This document shows, in pieces, positions 62,580 to 64,000 of a DNA stretch of 64,000 bases. The notes under the pieces were generated by a model, which was not told the DNA's origin, ran no database searches, and worked only from the letters and a program-made list of their open reading frames with translations. The DNA is from Fibrobacterota bacterium. GTDB taxonomy: Bacteria > Fibrobacterota > Chitinivibrionia > Chitinivibrionales > FEN-1185. The translations under genes and the position numbers were made by a program. Position 1 is the first letter of the stretch. Every line of letters begins with the position of its first letter. Where the stretch lies: contig PLWQ01000025.1 in assembly GCA_003165595.1 (NCBI GenBank), positions 107,832-171,831 on the forward strand, read 5' to 3'.

Positions 62580-63239
62580 ATGCCCGATATACAATCCCTT
62601 GTTCAGAATCTACTGGTTCGCGCTCCCGGTATCCTGGTAGGGCTCACGATTCACGAATATGCGCACGGGATGGTCGCCTTATGGAGAGGTGATGAGACTG
62701 CAAAACGGGCCGGACGTTTGTCATTCAATCCTGTGGCGCATCTAGACTTGTTTGGAACTCTCATGTTGTGCTTTGGTCCATTCGGTTGGGCAAAGCCGGT
62801 CCCGGTTGATTATCGCAATCTTCGCAATCCAAGGCGCGACGCCGCATTGGTGAGCGTTGCCGGACCCTTGTCCAACATTGTTTGCGCCGGACTGATTGGC
62901 ATTATCCTTCAGCTGCTCATACTGAATTCAGTCAACATCTCCTACAGCTCATATCTATTCCCAATTCTCTCTATTGCTTATCAGGTTAACATAGGGCTGT
63001 CCTTTTTCAATCTGTTGCCGATCCCGCCGTTGGACGGATCAAATATTCTTTTGAGTTTTCTTCCAAGGTCAAAAGTGGAGCCGTATTTCAAACTAATGCG
63101 AAACGTACCAATTGTCTTTTTTGTTCTTATTTTCATTGAGTGGGCAACACCAATCAAGGCTCTCTCACTCATTCTCAATCCTCTCTACATACCGTATGCT
63201 TCTTTCTGGCATTTTGTCATTTTCGGAAGAAGGATGTAG
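62580..63239 (+). CDS. site-2 protease family (M50) membrane metalloprotease
   Basis: 'HEYAHGMVA' HEXXH within TM1/2. 'FNLLPIPPLDGSNIL' second motif. Confidence 0.85.
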   Translation: MPDIQSLVQNLLVRAPGILVGLTIHEYAHGMVALWRGDETAKRAGRLSFNPVAHLDLFGTLMLCFGPFGWAKPVPVDYRNLRNPRRDAALVSVAGPLSNIVCAGLIGIILQLLILNSVNISYSSYLFPILSIAYQVNIGLSFFNLLPIPPLDGSNILLSFLPRSKVEPYFKLMRNVPIVFFVLIFIEWATPIKALSLILNPLYIPYASFWHFVIFGRRM

Positions 63240-63241
63240 CC

Positions 63242-64000
63242 ATGCCCTTGCCGCGGATATCTCCTGTACGCCTCAACCAGATTGTTAATGGCTTTTCGAA
63301 GTCTTCCATCATGGTCGTCGGCGACACAATGCTCGACGAATACGTGTGGGGAGATGTCCTCCGAATCTCTCCCGAGGCTCCTGTGCCGGTGGTGCAGGTG
63401 CAGTCGCGCTCGCACCGGCTTGGCGGAGCGGCAAACGTGGTTCAGAACCTTAAATCGCTCGGCGTCACGCCATACCTGGTATCTTTGTGCGGTGATGATG
63501 TGACCGGAAAGAATCTCAGGGAGAAGCTTGCGCAATCGGGATGTTCCCCGAGCGGCATGGTTGTGTCGCCGCGCCGGACAACAACGATAAAGACCAGAAT
63601 CATGGCGCGGCACCAGCAGATCGTGCGGGTGGACAGCGAAACGGTTGGCGACTTGACAATGGAGGAGGCGGATGCACTGTGGTCCCGGTTTTCTTCCCAC
63701 CTTTCCCAAGTGGACGGCGTGATTATTTCCGACTATTCCAAGGGCGTCGTCTCCAAGCCCTTCCTTGCGAAGATTCTTGCGGCCTGCAAGCGGCGCCGGA
63801 TGTTTGTTGCAATAGACCCCAAAGAGCGCCACTTCGATCTTTACAAAGGGGTAAGCGTGATTACCCCGAACCTGAAGGAAGCCCATGCGGCTCTCGGCTT
63901 GCCTTATTCACGGATCGACGACCGAGACATCGAGACGCTTGGGTGGTCCATCGTTCGGAAACTCAATCTTCCCTTTCTCCTCATAACTCTCAGCGAGCGC
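63242..64000 (+). CDS. hldE: D-glycero-beta-D-manno-heptose-7-phosphate kinase domain (RfaE/HldE domain I), 3' end cut by window edge
   Basis: Absent from the ORF track because it has no stop in the window. I translated it manually from ATG 63242. 'IMVVGDTMLDEYVWGDVLRISPEAPVPVVQV', 'RLGGAANVVQNLKSLG', 'TTTIKTRIMARHQQIVRVD', 'ITPNLKEA'. Confidence 0.85.
   Translation, partial: MPLPRISPVRLNQIVNGFSKSSIMVVGDTMLDEYVWGDVLRISPEAPVPVVQVQSRSHRLGGAANVVQNLKSLGVTPYLVSLCGDDVTGKNLREKLAQSGCSPSGMVVSPRRTTTIKTRIMARHQQIVRVDSETVGDLTMEEADALWSRFSSHLSQVDGVIISDYSKGVVSKPFLAKILAACKRRRMFVAIDPKERHFDLYKGVSVITPNLKEAHAALGLPYSRIDDRDIETLGWSIVRKLNLPFLLITLSER

Noticed and set aside
63185-63886. 233-aa minus-strand ORF at the right edge
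   Set aside because: It is antisense to the clearly recognisable hldE-like kinase frame that runs off the window.

Overview
This is a 64-kb chromosomal window from a Gram-negative bacterium with uneven GC content. My hand counts of single 60-nt lines range from about 37% to 67% GC. A fibro-slime/PA14 adhesin, a T9SS-like C-terminal tail, class-III-signal pilin-like genes and many TPR proteins suggest a Fibrobacterota/FCB-group-like lineage; this is inference only. I support about 57 protein genes, one tRNA-Asn(GUU), several terminators and promoters, and a family of intergenic hairpin arrays. There is no CRISPR array, rRNA, transposase or integrase. From 1 to 27 kb the window holds secreted repeat proteins (PKD/beta-helix, fibro-slime, and a 1101-aa PKD-repeat SGNH esterase containing a near-identical 270-bp tandem duplication). 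The same stretch carries an AI-2E transporter, a GNAT, a FemAB-like gene coupled to a lipoprotein metallopeptidase, STAS, MBL-fold, AbrB-family, ROK kinase, KAS-III-like, MarR, lon, a GYF protein, glutaminyl cyclase, larB, dusB and a PAC2 protein. From 28 to 58.7 kb there is an unusually large glycoconjugate locus. It has five cytoplasmic glycosyltransferases, five SAM methyltransferases plus a B12-radical-SAM enzyme, and a split transketolase / UXS-like SDR / FX-like GDP-fucose-synthase operon. It also has two polyprenyl-phosphate sugar-loading modules (GT2+GtrA and GT2+DUF2304) and six candidate GT-C membrane glycosyltransferases. Three of those GT-C candidates (two tandem TMTC-like TPR enzymes and one ArnT/PMT-like enzyme) box in a duplicated pilin-like gene pair. 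The most interesting hypothesis is therefore a dedicated periplasmic protein (pilin/adhesin) glycosylation system that builds a heavily modified sugar. From 58.7 to 64 kb the window holds an ABC-2 exporter, a zinc-ribbon-anchored NodB deacetylase, an M50 protease and a 3'-truncated hldE-like heptose kinase. The ORF track omits that last gene. All function calls come from motif recognition by eye. No database search was run.
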